From positions 96,001 through 160,000 of IMG/VR virus record IMGVR_UViG_3300031420_000003: a stretch of DNA of 64,000 nucleotides. One strand, given 5' to 3'. The notes under the pieces are model-generated. The model was not told the origin of the DNA. It saw nothing but the letters and a program-made list of their open reading frames with translations, and did no database searches. How positions within the stretch are numbered: the first letter of the stretch is position 1; every line of letters starts with the position of its first letter. A program made the translations under genes and the position numbers. Source of the stretch: a virus. This document shows positions 1 to 10,023 of the stretch, in pieces.

Positions 1-676
1 GCAGAAGTTACTCAGTGGTGGGATTCCAGCGAACTGGGGGACATTGGCTGGAGCCACCGAGTTTATCGGTATTCCAACTGCCGGTAACAACGTCCTGACG
101 TCACGCAGCAAGTTCAGTCCACTGGCGGTGCATGCAACTCGTCCACCGCTGAAGCAACGGGTAGGGGCAGAAATCAGTCGGGCCAAAGTCTGGGCCAATA
201 CCAACAATCCACTGCGGGGTGCCAGCTATACCCGCCGTTTTGCGTTGGTGGTCGAGGCTCCTGCTGACTTCACCTCACTGGACTGGTTGGTGAGCACGAA
301 CTACAACTTCGTCAGTTACGTGAACGCCACGAAAGTGCACGCCAATAACCCGCAGAACGGGGCAACAGCGAGCAGTCGGTTAACGCCGACCGTGACCGGT
401 TACGCAGGGGACGTGTTGTACATCGAGTTTGTTCCACTGGCAATCCCCACGCCATTCTTCCTTGAATCGACACTTATCTTTAAGAGCGGTTCAGACACGG
501 TGGCGACTATCGACTTCAGTGACGATAACGCCGTTGTGGTAATGGAAGACACTGCCCCAACCCTGTTCCTCTGTAAGTACCATCCGTTTAGCCTGACCAC
601 GACCATGTGGGATTGGATAACGGGTATCATGCGTACGGAAGAAGGGGTGAGCACCGACCTTGGTGTTTGGAACTAA
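1..676 (+). CDS. 3' part of a putative tail fibre/virion structural protein (5' truncated by window)
   Basis: Frame of ORF 44..676 is open back to base 2; beta-rich Thr/Asn/Gly sequence directly upstream of tail fibre gene. Confidence 0.55.
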   Translation, partial: QKLLSGGIPANWGTLAGATEFIGIPTAGNNVLTSRSKFSPLAVHATRPPLKQRVGAEISRAKVWANTNNPLRGASYTRRFALVVEAPADFTSLDWLVSTNYNFVSYVNATKVHANNPQNGATASSRLTPTVTGYAGDVLYIEFVPLAIPTPFFLESTLIFKSGSDTVATIDFSDDNAVVVMEDTAPTLFLCKYHPFSLTTTMWDWITGIMRTEEGVSTDLGVWN

Positions 677-763
677 CGGGAAGTCCTTACGGACAACCCG
701 TCCGTAAGCGCCGTCCCTCTCGGGGGACGGCTTCCGTTTTCTTTAAGAAGTGGGAGTTTACAC

Positions 764-3700
764 ATGGCGACGGAAACCCCGGCCCAGTTTGACGGTACGT
801 TGAAAGTCTCGACGTTCCCCAACCGTTTCAACACGGTTATTCCGCCGGAAGGCCCTTTCTACCGCACCGGGCTGGTTATCACCGATTTAAATGATGTCCC
901 GCTTATCGAGGGCATGGACTATTACCTCGGCTACTATTACAAAGAAGCCGCTGAGGCATTCCAAGCCGCTGTGTTCGGCGGGATAATGTTGCTGAACCAC
1001 GACGCCATTAAATACAGCATTTACGCTGTGGGGCGTGACTACCGTGTGCCACAGAGCGAAATCGGTAAGTGGCTGGTCAGCAGCGACATGAAAGACCCCC
1101 GTAACGAAGACTGGTCTGCGTTGATGCGCTTTGCGCCAACCATTCCGGCCATCGACCCCCCGCAAGATTTGGACGAAGCCATTGCGCGTGACGATATCGT
1201 TGCCGCCCTGAATGACATTCGTCTGGGTTTGATTAAGCGGGCAGGGGACATGGACGCCGCTTACGGTGACGTCACTGACCTTATCTACCAAACCGGTAAG
1301 AAAGTGTTTGATGACGGGATGTATCAGCACCACCTGCTGAAATCCCAAGGGCACTCGTACACCGCAGAAGACATTGGGGCCTTAAAGGTCACAGACAAAG
1401 CAGTGGATGCCACCCGGGCCTTTGGTCGCACCATCGACCAGCTTGTCACGTTAATGTCGACCACTGGCTTTCAGCAAAAGCACCTTGATTTGCTGATGCG
1501 TAACGACACGGCGTTTAACAACGTCTTTGGTCGTTTGCGTGTGCTGAACAACAACGTCCTGACCTACACCACGGCGAACAGTGACCACGTTGTCACGTTC
1601 AAAGGCCCGAACGTGTTGGTCTCCACCAAAAAGACCATGCGCTTTACAGCGGATTCCGGTAATGCCAATCCGGGACTGGCGGTTGAGATGTCAGCGGGCC
1701 TGAATACCCTGATGGTGCACTCCGGGCCGAACGCACTGGCACCGGTGTTCAACGGGGTGTATCTGATTACCCCGGACATGGTGGAATTGTACCTGCACGA
1801 GGTGAAACTCAAAGCCGCGAATGCGTACATGTCCTCCACCGAAACCGTTAAGGTCTACGGGTCAGGCAAGTCCTACGCGCCGTTCCGTCTGGAAGCCAAC
1901 CTGCCTGAAGCCGCCGTGGGTGTACGGGGCCTGATCAAGGTGACCTCCAACCGCACCACGCTCAGCGAAGGGTACGCTATCTCTCAGGCCGGGATTACCG
2001 CTATGCGGGATTTGCTGGGCAACTACGTGGATGACGCCTACACCATCAACGGCAAGGGCTTTGATGCTACCCAGACGCTGACATTAACTGCAACGGACGT
2101 GGGTGTTGATAAGATGCAGAACACTGCACCTGTCGACAAGCCCGTGACCAAAGCGTTGACCTCGGCGGTGGCGAACAAGTCCCTCACCAACCACACGCAC
2201 ACCTTGGCAGATGTGACCGATGTACCGTACGCCAGTTCCTCAGCCGCGGGTCTGGTGCTGCTGTGGGACATTATCGATGCGAGTACCGATCGGGTGGTGA
2301 CGGCACGTCAAGGTTACCTGTTTGAAAAGGCCTTGGCGGATTTAGAAAGCAAAGCCAACGGTTTGATTCCGGCGTGGGCAGTGATTGGGGCGTCGTACGG
2401 TAACTTAGGATTCCTGCCTATCCCTGCGTTGGGTAACTACGAAGGGTACGGCAAGAACAACAGCTACTACTACGGGGCGATGCGCTTTGAGGGTGACAAG
2501 CTGTATATCCTGCGCAACGGCACCGATGGGCTAACCGACCAGCACATCTATTACGCCTACGGCACGCTCAACGAAGACAACACCCTGACCAACGTGCAGC
2601 AGACCACCCAACGCTATCAGCCCGCAGGGATGACCGCAAAATACCCGGGTGTGACACTGAAGGCCGTTGTGGTGCCCGGCAATGATTTCATTCTTTGTCT
2701 GGGCAGTGACAATGCGTATTACTTGGTGGACATGGCCGGCACGGCAGACCATAACCGCCACCTCAATGTGGTACGGGTCACGTTCCCGTCTATCACGGAT
2801 GTTGCAGGCGCGAGCACAGCACTGGTGCCGGTCGGTGAGACGGATGACATTGTGGTGTACGGCAGCAAGGTGTATCTGCTGCGTACGCGCTTGGCCAATG
2901 ACAGCTACCGGGTTGCACTGGCGTCGGTGTCATTGAATGCGTTTGGTGGTCAAGACATTGCCTTTGCCATGGAAACCCTGAACGGGATGAAGGGTGTAGC
3001 GGGGTCGTGGTTACTGCTGCGGGCAGAAGGGGCGTATGACCCGGACAATGCCAATACCGATCGGGTGGCCTATATGCCGGCTTCGGCTGCGGCGATTTGG
3101 ACGGTGGGCAAGAATCTGGTGCATGGCCCGGCGTGTAACCGTGCACTGGGGTTGCAGGATGAAGTGCTGCGAGTGGGCATGAACCCCACGCTGTGGCTCG
3201 CCAAAGCCACGGAGTCAGTCGGCTTTAGCAACTGGTACACATCGTACACTTTGGACTTTGACACACTCACCGTGGCACTGGAGCGCCCTGAGATATTCCC
3301 GTTACAGTTCTTGGACACCGGCCCGCAGTACAAAACCGGTACCGATCTTATCACGGCGAAATACCCAGCGAAGTGGACAGGGACACAGGCGAATGCCCGT
3401 GCGTACGTTGCGCACCAAGGCACGACGGTTGCCGTGTTGTCAGCCGAAGGTGACCGAGACACCCCGATCCGTGTGTCAACCATGTCAACGCCGGACGGCG
3501 ATGATTACTACGACTCACTGGCGGCGGATGTCTTGGGTGTACCTGCGGCAGGGTCAGTGGTGCGCCTCGACCAAGGACGTGGTTCGGTCTATGCCTCCGG
3601 GATGGCCTACCCGCTGTTCTTTGGCGGTGACTCGAAAGCCATCTGGTTAACCGGGGTGAAAGATGCCCTGGCAGTTGAGGTGGTGTACTCCACGGATACC

Positions 3701-5851
3701 GATTACGGCGTGCCGGGTTACGGTGGATTTGGCCCAACCAACAACCGTCGGGAAATCACCCCCGAGGCGTATGCGGCAATGTCGCAGTTGGCGATGGTCA
3801 AAGTCAGCAACACCGACAAAGGCACCCTGAACGGCTGCTTCTTCACGAAAGCGGAAACCGTGCAGTACAAGAACGTGGCCGGTAACCCGAACTTCACCGC
3901 AGATAAGCTGACCCTGAACGATACCGAGTGGGCGAAAGTCCGCAGTATCTTACTCGGTAATGCCCCGGCAGGTGCAGCCAACGGGTACGCCTCTGAACGT
4001 CTGATGGCCGCTGACCAAATCGGCAAGCTGTATGTCGGCCTGTGGGGCTTTGCTATCGGTACCCAGCAGCAGCTTTTCTTGGGACAAGCCACGGCACAGC
4101 GCTTAGTGAATGGTGTGAATAAAATCGACCATTACTACTTTGTGATGTACCCGAGTGTCTCCAACGGACAGCTCGCGTTCAGCTCTACCACGGTGCAGCT
4201 TCTGAGCTTCCACAACGACTTGGATTACAACATCGCCAACGTCGGGCTGGACTTCAGTTACAGTGGTAAGCCACGTCGCTTTGGTCAACCGCAGTTGATT
4301 TCCACGGACGGGCAGAAGTTTGCCCTGATGCTCCCAATGGTGCTGCGGATTGCACAGGTGGGTAATGCAGCCGGTCTTAACTACGCCGCGGTGTTAACCC
4401 TCTCGGGCAACCAGTGGGCGAAGACCTCAGCCACGGTGTACACCGACAACCCGACGTACCAACCGAATACGTGGGTGTGGGTGAAGGACCTGAATGCGAT
4501 GGTGCGGTCGTACTTCAAACTCGACCCGGTGTTCGCCTCGGGGGATGCCTACGCCATTGCGGACTTCATGGCCAAGCCGCTTGACACTTCGGTCACCAGT
4601 CAACCGGTGGTGTTGGCCGGTGTGAAAACCGCAGAAGGGTGGGTGCTGTATCTGACAGAGGACGAGCGGTTATTCATTAACTCGCAAGAATACCTGTTAG
4701 ACCAGTACAGCATCGACTTCTCCAGTGCGTTCAGTGACTACCGTAACCAGACCTTCTATTTCCACGCAGAAGTCTACCCAGACGAGGGGACGTTTAAAGC
4801 ACGGTACCGTGTCAGTACGACGCGTTACCCTGACAGCGACAACCTGCTTTATATTGGCTATGTCAAAACCGACAGCAGCCGAATCGTTGAGGAAAACATT
4901 CTCCCGGTGAAACGACTGGGTGATGTACGACAACTGATGGAACACGAAGGGGTGGGCTACAGTCACGGATCGAATGTGGGTCGTGAGCTGGCTGAGTCTC
5001 CACTGGGTCTGCTCGAACCTTTACCGATTGCTACCTCCGGTAATGGGTTTGTGGGGCAGTCTGCGTTGTCAGCAGCAATTGGCACGCTCTTGAGTCGCCC
5101 ACTGATTAACCGGTATGTGCCGGCACAACAGGCGTGGTACTCGGGTGCGGTCTTGCCTGAGCTGTTCTGGGCACCGGCTCGTGCGGTTGCAGTGACGTCT
5201 GCGGAGAACCCGGATGCGAACACGTTGGGGTTAATCTGGATTGACATCTATCAGCGGTCGATTCCGAACTTCGGCACCTTTGGCACCAAGTTCAAAGTGA
5301 CAACCACCGGCGGGACGTTACGCATTCGGTTTGCAGTGGATGACATGTGCCACATTTATATCGACGGTGTACGGGTTGCCTCGGGTATCACGTCAGGCGG
5401 GGCTAACCAGTTGGCTACCCAAGACTTCCCGGTGTCAAACGGACAGCACACGGTAGCGATTGAAGTCATTCAGGCAGGTACCGCAGGTGGCACCATCTGC
5501 CACATTGCGTTTATTGCCTACGACTGGAACGGCACCACTGCCCGTGAACTGACGCGCTCCAGCGGTACGTCGGTTGTGGCCTTCACCTCAGACCAAGGTA
5601 CAGCGTCCGGTAACTTGGGCGTGTTGGAGACCATTTCACACGTGTATGTTCCGGTCACCGACAACACTGCGGTTGTGACGGTGGTTGCGCCAGAAATCAG
5701 TTATGCCCCGCCATTTATTGAACGGGCTAACGGTTCTAACCGCGAAGTCGTTGTTGCCTCGAAGTTCTTTGGGCCAGATGGGAAGCTTGTTACGCTCGGT
5801 GAGGTAACGGTCAATCTTATGTTAATCCCAACGAGTAATTTGTCGTCTTAA
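764..5851 (+). CDS. Large tail fibre/baseplate protein (1695 aa)
   Basis: GGGAG RBS; fibre-type motifs HTHTLADV and ASSSAAGLVLL; C-terminal VDDMCHIYIDG..GQHTVAIEV resembles a PA14/galactose-binding-like domain. Confidence 0.75.
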   Translation: MATETPAQFDGTLKVSTFPNRFNTVIPPEGPFYRTGLVITDLNDVPLIEGMDYYLGYYYKEAAEAFQAAVFGGIMLLNHDAIKYSIYAVGRDYRVPQSEIGKWLVSSDMKDPRNEDWSALMRFAPTIPAIDPPQDLDEAIARDDIVAALNDIRLGLIKRAGDMDAAYGDVTDLIYQTGKKVFDDGMYQHHLLKSQGHSYTAEDIGALKVTDKAVDATRAFGRTIDQLVTLMSTTGFQQKHLDLLMRNDTAFNNVFGRLRVLNNNVLTYTTANSDHVVTFKGPNVLVSTKKTMRFTADSGNANPGLAVEMSAGLNTLMVHSGPNALAPVFNGVYLITPDMVELYLHEVKLKAANAYMSSTETVKVYGSGKSYAPFRLEANLPEAAVGVRGLIKVTSNRTTLSEGYAISQAGITAMRDLLGNYVDDAYTINGKGFDATQTLTLTATDVGVDKMQNTAPVDKPVTKALTSAVANKSLTNHTHTLADVTDVPYASSSAAGLVLLWDIIDASTDRVVTARQGYLFEKALADLESKANGLIPAWAVIGASYGNLGFLPIPALGNYEGYGKNNSYYYGAMRFEGDKLYILRNGTDGLTDQHIYYAYGTLNEDNTLTNVQQTTQRYQPAGMTAKYPGVTLKAVVVPGNDFILCLGSDNAYYLVDMAGTADHNRHLNVVRVTFPSITDVAGASTALVPVGETDDIVVYGSKVYLLRTRLANDSYRVALASVSLNAFGGQDIAFAMETLNGMKGVAGSWLLLRAEGAYDPDNANTDRVAYMPASAAAIWTVGKNLVHGPACNRALGLQDEVLRVGMNPTLWLAKATESVGFSNWYTSYTLDFDTLTVALERPEIFPLQFLDTGPQYKTGTDLITAKYPAKWTGTQANARAYVAHQGTTVAVLSAEGDRDTPIRVSTMSTPDGDDYYDSLAADVLGVPAAGSVVRLDQGRGSVYASGMAYPLFFGGDSKAIWLTGVKDALAVEVVYSTDTDYGVPGYGGFGPTNNRREITPEAYAAMSQLAMVKVSNTDKGTLNGCFFTKAETVQYKNVAGNPNFTADKLTLNDTEWAKVRSILLGNAPAGAANGYASERLMAADQIGKLYVGLWGFAIGTQQQLFLGQATAQRLVNGVNKIDHYYFVMYPSVSNGQLAFSSTTVQLLSFHNDLDYNIANVGLDFSYSGKPRRFGQPQLISTDGQKFALMLPMVLRIAQVGNAAGLNYAAVLTLSGNQWAKTSATVYTDNPTYQPNTWVWVKDLNAMVRSYFKLDPVFASGDAYAIADFMAKPLDTSVTSQPVVLAGVKTAEGWVLYLTEDERLFINSQEYLLDQYSIDFSSAFSDYRNQTFYFHAEVYPDEGTFKARYRVSTTRYPDSDNLLYIGYVKTDSSRIVEENILPVKRLGDVRQLMEHEGVGYSHGSNVGRELAESPLGLLEPLPIATSGNGFVGQSALSAAIGTLLSRPLINRYVPAQQAWYSGAVLPELFWAPARAVAVTSAENPDANTLGLIWIDIYQRSIPNFGTFGTKFKVTTTGGTLRIRFAVDDMCHIYIDGVRVASGITSGGANQLATQDFPVSNGQHTVAIEVIQAGTAGGTICHIAFIAYDWNGTTARELTRSSGTSVVAFTSDQGTASGNLGVLETISHVYVPVTDNTAVVTVVAPEISYAPPFIERANGSNREVVVASKFFGPDGKLVTLGEVTVNLMLIPTSNLSS

Positions 5852-5889
5852 CCACTGGTGAGGGCAGGGATGCCCTCTCGTAAGGGAGC

Positions 5890-7095
5890 TTGGAGATGAG
5901 TGATATTATTTTCCAGTATCCGCTTGACCTTAAAGGAACTCTGACATCGAACGCGGTTTCCATTCCCGTGGTCTTGGGTTCCGGTAAAGTCAACCGGTCT
6001 TTTGCTTTTCCGGCAGGTCCGTTCTACGCAGACAGTTTTCGACTGCGTGCAACGAACTCGCCCACCACGCAGTATAAACGTGGTACCGACTACGAACTGA
6101 TTTTCGCTCATCCGGCCTATGCGAAGCTCTCGGGCAACCAAGAAGTCGTGATGGGGGTTGTGGTCACCAACAGTAACATTCCAACAGACATCGTCGTAAC
6201 CGCACAGGTTGTCGGCGGGCCAATGTCGGCGAACGTGACTGCGATTGAAAACGCGATTGCGATTCTGGGCATCGATAACAAGAAAGTGAACTTCGCTGAC
6301 TTAATCGATTTCCCGGATACGCTCCCGGGTGCTCCGGCGTTTAAAGACGTTGGCGATATCTTTGGTTTTGAATACGTCATTACCCTGCTCTCTGGGATTC
6401 TTGATGCAATCGGTTCAGGCGATGCGGTACAGCTTGAGAAAATCAAAGACATCATCGGCGATATCAAAGATAACTTCTTGGATGCGCTGAATGCCCACAT
6501 CAACGCCACGGGTAACGTGCACAACCTCGATATCCACGATCTCGATGGGTTGACTGCAACCGAAATCCGTGCCCTGATTGCTGGCGTGCAATCGGCTATC
6601 GATGCAACCATCACCCAGATTGGCAACCTGCAGGCGGCTGATACGGCACTCGGTGGACGCATTGATGCTATCGTCTCGTCACTGACGACGTTCAACGACC
6701 AGCTCAACACGGTAGACCAAAACTACCAGAAGATGACGCTGATTGTGGCGAACCTCAATTCACTGGTGCTGCAGTTGCAGAAAACCGTGAACGAGCTCAC
6801 CGCGAAAACCGGCGACTTGCAAAGCCAGATTGATGACCTCAAATCAGGCCAAGGCGATGCACAGCAGCAGATTGACCAGCTGCGTGTTGACCTGTCTGCA
6901 CTGACGCGCCGTGTCACCACTGCGGAAGGTAACATTGCTAACGTTAACCAGACGCTGTCCAACCACTTGTCTGCGGCCGACCCACACACCCAGTATCTGC
7001 ACAAGCAGTACGGTGGCGTGATTCAGGCGAACGTGCATGTCAACGCCAACTTGACGACACGTGACGACGTTCAGGCGGATGCCGGTTCACGTTAA
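5890..7095 (+). CDS. Tail-fibre-associated protein with long coiled coil
   Basis: Heptad-rich C-terminal half; HLSAADPHTQY motif typical of phage tail fibre proteins; start may be ATG 5896. Confidence 0.65.
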   Translation: MEMSDIIFQYPLDLKGTLTSNAVSIPVVLGSGKVNRSFAFPAGPFYADSFRLRATNSPTTQYKRGTDYELIFAHPAYAKLSGNQEVVMGVVVTNSNIPTDIVVTAQVVGGPMSANVTAIENAIAILGIDNKKVNFADLIDFPDTLPGAPAFKDVGDIFGFEYVITLLSGILDAIGSGDAVQLEKIKDIIGDIKDNFLDALNAHINATGNVHNLDIHDLDGLTATEIRALIAGVQSAIDATITQIGNLQAADTALGGRIDAIVSSLTTFNDQLNTVDQNYQKMTLIVANLNSLVLQLQKTVNELTAKTGDLQSQIDDLKSGQGDAQQQIDQLRVDLSALTRRVTTAEGNIANVNQTLSNHLSAADPHTQYLHKQYGGVIQANVHVNANLTTRDDVQADAGSR

Positions 7096-7104
7096 TATAA
7101 TTAC

Positions 7105-7138
7105 ACACGGGCCTCGTCTATATGGCGAGTGCCCGTGT
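7105..7138 (+). terminator. Stem-loop (terminator, attenuator or processing site) before the Cys-rich operon
   Basis: ACACGGGC-CTCGTC..GGCGAG-T-GCCCGTGT followed by CTTTATT. Confidence 0.45.
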
Positions 7139-7158
7139 CTTATTAAAAAGGAAAGGTA

Positions 7159-7548
7159 ATGACGATATCACTTAAAGAGATAAGTGCCCGTCTTGACCGA
7201 GTCCAAGCAGCAACCGGTGGGTCTGTAGATGGGCAGGTGAACGCCAAAGTTCACAATGCTAACCTACTGGCTGGTCAGCCTGATACGTGGGCCCGTTGTA
7301 ACGGGTCGTGCAGTTGGACGTGTTCATCGGGGTGTAGTCATGGTTGCTCTAGCTGCTCAGGTAGCTGTAGCGGCGTGTGTACAGGTAACTGTTCGGGTTC
7401 GTGTTCTGGTGGTTGTGGGGGAGGATGTTCATCCTCGTGTTCTGGTGGGTGCTCTAGCGGGTGTTCGGGGACTTGCGGTGCAAGCTGTTCAAGTGGCTGT
7501 GCCGGTACCTGTAGCAGCAACTGCACATCAGGCTGCAGCAGCCCTTAG
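7159..7548 (+). CDS. Cxxx-repeat Cys-rich protein 1 (putative radical SAM substrate)
   Basis: AAGGAAAGG RBS; 46-aa leader then 21 Cys in Cxxx periodicity (one Cxx), core almost only C/S/G/T/N/A. Confidence 0.85.
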   Translation: MTISLKEISARLDRVQAATGGSVDGQVNAKVHNANLLAGQPDTWARCNGSCSWTCSSGCSHGCSSCSGSCSGVCTGNCSGSCSGGCGGGCSSSCSGGCSSGCSGTCGASCSSGCAGTCSSNCTSGCSSP

Positions 7549-7556
7549 GAGCAGAG

Positions 7557-7985
7557 ATGGCGATTTCATTAAAAACGGTGCAGGCTCGTGTTCAGAACAT
7601 TGAGAACACTGCACTTAAAACTGAAGCAGGCGTGCAAAACTACATTGCAGGCCGCACTACCAATAATGCTGATTTACTCAACGGCTTCACACCGGCGGCA
7701 CTGCACTGTAATGGCTCTTGTAGCTGGACGTGCGGTAACGGATGTTCCGGTGGCTGTACGGGTAACTGTTCGTCAGGATGTTCTTCATCATGTTCGGGCA
7801 ACTGCTCATCAAGCTGTACAGGCGGTTGTACTGGCAGCTGTGGCGGTAACTGCGGGGGCGGCTGCTCCGGTGGATGTTCTGGTACTTGCTCGGGTAACTG
7901 TTCAGGGAAATGTTCTGGCGGGTGCTCAGGAAGTTGTGGTGCGAGCTGTGGCGGAAGTTGTGGAGCAGGCTGTTCTGGACCGTAG
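7557..7985 (+). CDS. Cxxx-repeat Cys-rich protein 2 (putative radical SAM substrate)
   Basis: AGGAG RBS; 50-aa leader then 23 perfect Cxxx units starting CNGSCSWTC. Confidence 0.85.
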   Translation: MAISLKTVQARVQNIENTALKTEAGVQNYIAGRTTNNADLLNGFTPAALHCNGSCSWTCGNGCSGGCTGNCSSGCSSSCSGNCSSSCTGGCTGSCGGNCGGGCSGGCSGTCSGNCSGKCSGGCSGSCGASCGGSCGAGCSGP

Positions 7986-7994
7986 GAGTAGGCT

Positions 7995-8204
7995 ATGGCA
8001 GTAAGCTTGAAAGACATCGGTAACCGCGTCTCGAACGTCGAACGCTATATCACCACGGGCCAAGCGGTTGACTATATTGCCAACCGGGGAACGTGTAACA
8101 ACACCAACAACTTGGGTGGGATTCGTGCTGGCGCGTATAACTGCGGCGGAACCTGTAGCTGGAGTAGCTCAGGCGGGGCGAAATCAGTCACCTTCCCGAG
8201 TTAA
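7995..8204 (+). CDS. Short paralog of the Cxxx-repeat proteins
   Basis: AGGAG RBS; same leader (MAVSLK..R..N..NLGG) and CGGTCSW, but no long repeat. Confidence 0.8.
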   Translation: MAVSLKDIGNRVSNVERYITTGQAVDYIANRGTCNNTNNLGGIRAGAYNCGGTCSWSSSGGAKSVTFPS

Positions 8205-8216
8205 CAGGGGAACCTA

Positions 8217-9143
8217 ATGAAGAGTAACGATCATCTTGCGTACCGCACGAGCCTGAATCACCCGATTCACATCTCGTCACCGGACAGTGTCAATGCGCAC
8301 ATCAACGACGAGCTGCGTCTGATTGCCATGGACCAGTTCGAATGGCCTAAGCTTCGCGGTCGCAACTTTACGAACAAAGAGTACACCGTGATTGATGCCG
8401 CCACGGTGGGCAAGTTGAACGTGAAATCCATTCAGTTCAACCACGGCACAACCGGGCTTACTGGCAAGCTTGTCGATGACAAGTATTTTTTCACAGATTC
8501 GGTACTGAACTATAGCGCACCACTGGAACTGATGTTCGAGTCCTTTAAAGAACTCGGCATGCGTCCGGTCTGCGTACGTAGCTACAGCAGCGATTACTGC
8601 GGGAGCTGGTCACACCTGTTCAAACTGGTGGAAGCTGGCACTGGAAGCGTGGAGAAAGACCGTGAAATGTATCACCCGTTCTCTGGCCTTGAAGCCGCGA
8701 ATATCGACTGCTTGGCAGACTTACTCGCGTTTAGTTATAAGTTTGCATGGGATGCAGAAAAGCAAGAGTGGACCTACATCGCAGACCCGCACGCGCAAAC
8801 GCTCCGCATCCGTAAGCCTTGGATGGCCTATCTCTGTCAGACTGAGTTTGGCGCAGTACCAAACTCCACGGCGGACGATCGCAAACTGATTCGCTTCCTA
8901 CTCCAGTCGCAGCTGTCTGAGTTCACCAAAGAACAGCAGCAGGCACTGGAACCGTTTATTTCGTCCCCGGTTGAACTGGACGACCTTATCCGCATGGGTG
9001 AGCGTCAATCCGTTCTTAACGCACTGTACGATGCGTATCGCTCGCCACGCCTGTTAAAGGCGGGTGAAGATGTACGAGACACTGACCCACTGTTCTCCTT
9101 CCAACGCCGCATGTACGGAATGACGGATGAGAACGGTAAGTAA
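8217..9143 (+). CDS. Hypothetical protein of the radical SAM/Cxxx operon
   Basis: 308-aa ORF, RBS GGGG, overlaps start of next gene; no family recognised. Confidence 0.7.
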   Translation: MKSNDHLAYRTSLNHPIHISSPDSVNAHINDELRLIAMDQFEWPKLRGRNFTNKEYTVIDAATVGKLNVKSIQFNHGTTGLTGKLVDDKYFFTDSVLNYSAPLELMFESFKELGMRPVCVRSYSSDYCGSWSHLFKLVEAGTGSVEKDREMYHPFSGLEAANIDCLADLLAFSYKFAWDAEKQEWTYIADPHAQTLRIRKPWMAYLCQTEFGAVPNSTADDRKLIRFLLQSQLSEFTKEQQQALEPFISSPVELDDLIRMGERQSVLNALYDAYRSPRLLKAGEDVRDTDPLFSFQRRMYGMTDENGK

Positions 9144-10011
9144 AGATGTTTACTCACCTGCAAAGACCCTTAACGTAGCATTGACGTCGAAGTGTAACCT
9201 CAATTGTTCGTTCTGTGCGGGTGAGATTCACATGGTCAAAGGGGATGTGTCTCGTAAAACCCATGAAGAGGCAATGATGGAGTTACTGAAAAAGAATCCC
9301 GGTGTGGATGAGATCATCTGGACGGGTGGTGAGCCGTTATTGGCTTATCGCAAACTCGTCGAGTCGGTCGAGACAATGCGTGCAGAACGTCCTTCTGCTA
9401 TCCATTATCTTTTCACAAACGGACGTAAGTTACGTTTAGAGCAAGTCGAATTTCTAAAGACCTTCCATCGCGTGGTCGTCTCTATCGACGGTTACGAAGA
9501 TGATGCCCGTGGTTTGATGGACTTTGCTCGCACTGGTGATACCGAAGCGTTTGAAGTCATGGCCCAGCTGGACAACGTCATTCTCTGGTCGGTCCTGACC
9601 CGTGAGAAAATCGGTGACATGCGCTGGCACGAAGGCATGATGAAAATGCAAGACGCGATTCATCATCTGGGCTTTATCGGCATGAACTACCTGTTCGATA
9701 ACCAGATGAAGAAAGTGTTGTCACCGGACCACGTACTGAACTTCGTGTACGGCTTTGAGCGTCTGCAAGACAACATGCGTCGTCTGAACCGCATTAACAA
9801 GCGCGACACGATCATCAAACTCGAGAAGTTCTTCGAAATGGATGCGTGTAACGTCTGCAGTGAAATCATCGTCAGTCAGCCGAATGGCGACCTGCAAGTT
9901 CCTGAGAACGTCGAGATGGTTGTCGACCGTGGCTGCAACAAGATTGCACTGGCCATTGGTGAGCACGCCTACCGCTACATCATGAACTGGCTTAATCCAA
10001 TTAAAAAATAA
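9127..10011 (+). CDS. Radical SAM enzyme (short C-terminal Cys region)
   Basis: CNLNCSFC (CxxxCxxC), TGGEPLL, TNG and SIDG motifs; C-terminal CNVC..C. Confidence 0.92.
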   Translation: MRTVSKDVYSPAKTLNVALTSKCNLNCSFCAGEIHMVKGDVSRKTHEEAMMELLKKNPGVDEIIWTGGEPLLAYRKLVESVETMRAERPSAIHYLFTNGRKLRLEQVEFLKTFHRVVVSIDGYEDDARGLMDFARTGDTEAFEVMAQLDNVILWSVLTREKIGDMRWHEGMMKMQDAIHHLGFIGMNYLFDNQMKKVLSPDHVLNFVYGFERLQDNMRRLNRINKRDTIIKLEKFFEMDACNVCSEIIVSQPNGDLQVPENVEMVVDRGCNKIALAIGEHAYRYIMNWLNPIKK

Positions 10012-10023
10012 GGGGAGATAGGG

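Noticed and set aside
7297-7985. 12-bp periodicity as a CRISPR array or VNTR
   Set aside because: Repeats are degenerate at the DNA level with synonymous variation, and there is no repeat-spacer pattern or cas gene; periodicity is protein-driven
7159-7985. Simple metallothionein interpretation
   Set aside because: Strict Cxxx spacing, conserved leader and adjacent radical SAM/SPASM enzymes favour modification substrates, though metal binding is not excluded
7256-8017. PEQP/PEHP-repeat ORFs (7338..7526, 7640..8017) and Val/Ala-rich alternative frames
   Set aside because: Antisense or frame shadows of the Cys/Ser/Gly codon repeats; the plus-strand Cxxx frames have the RBSs and operon context
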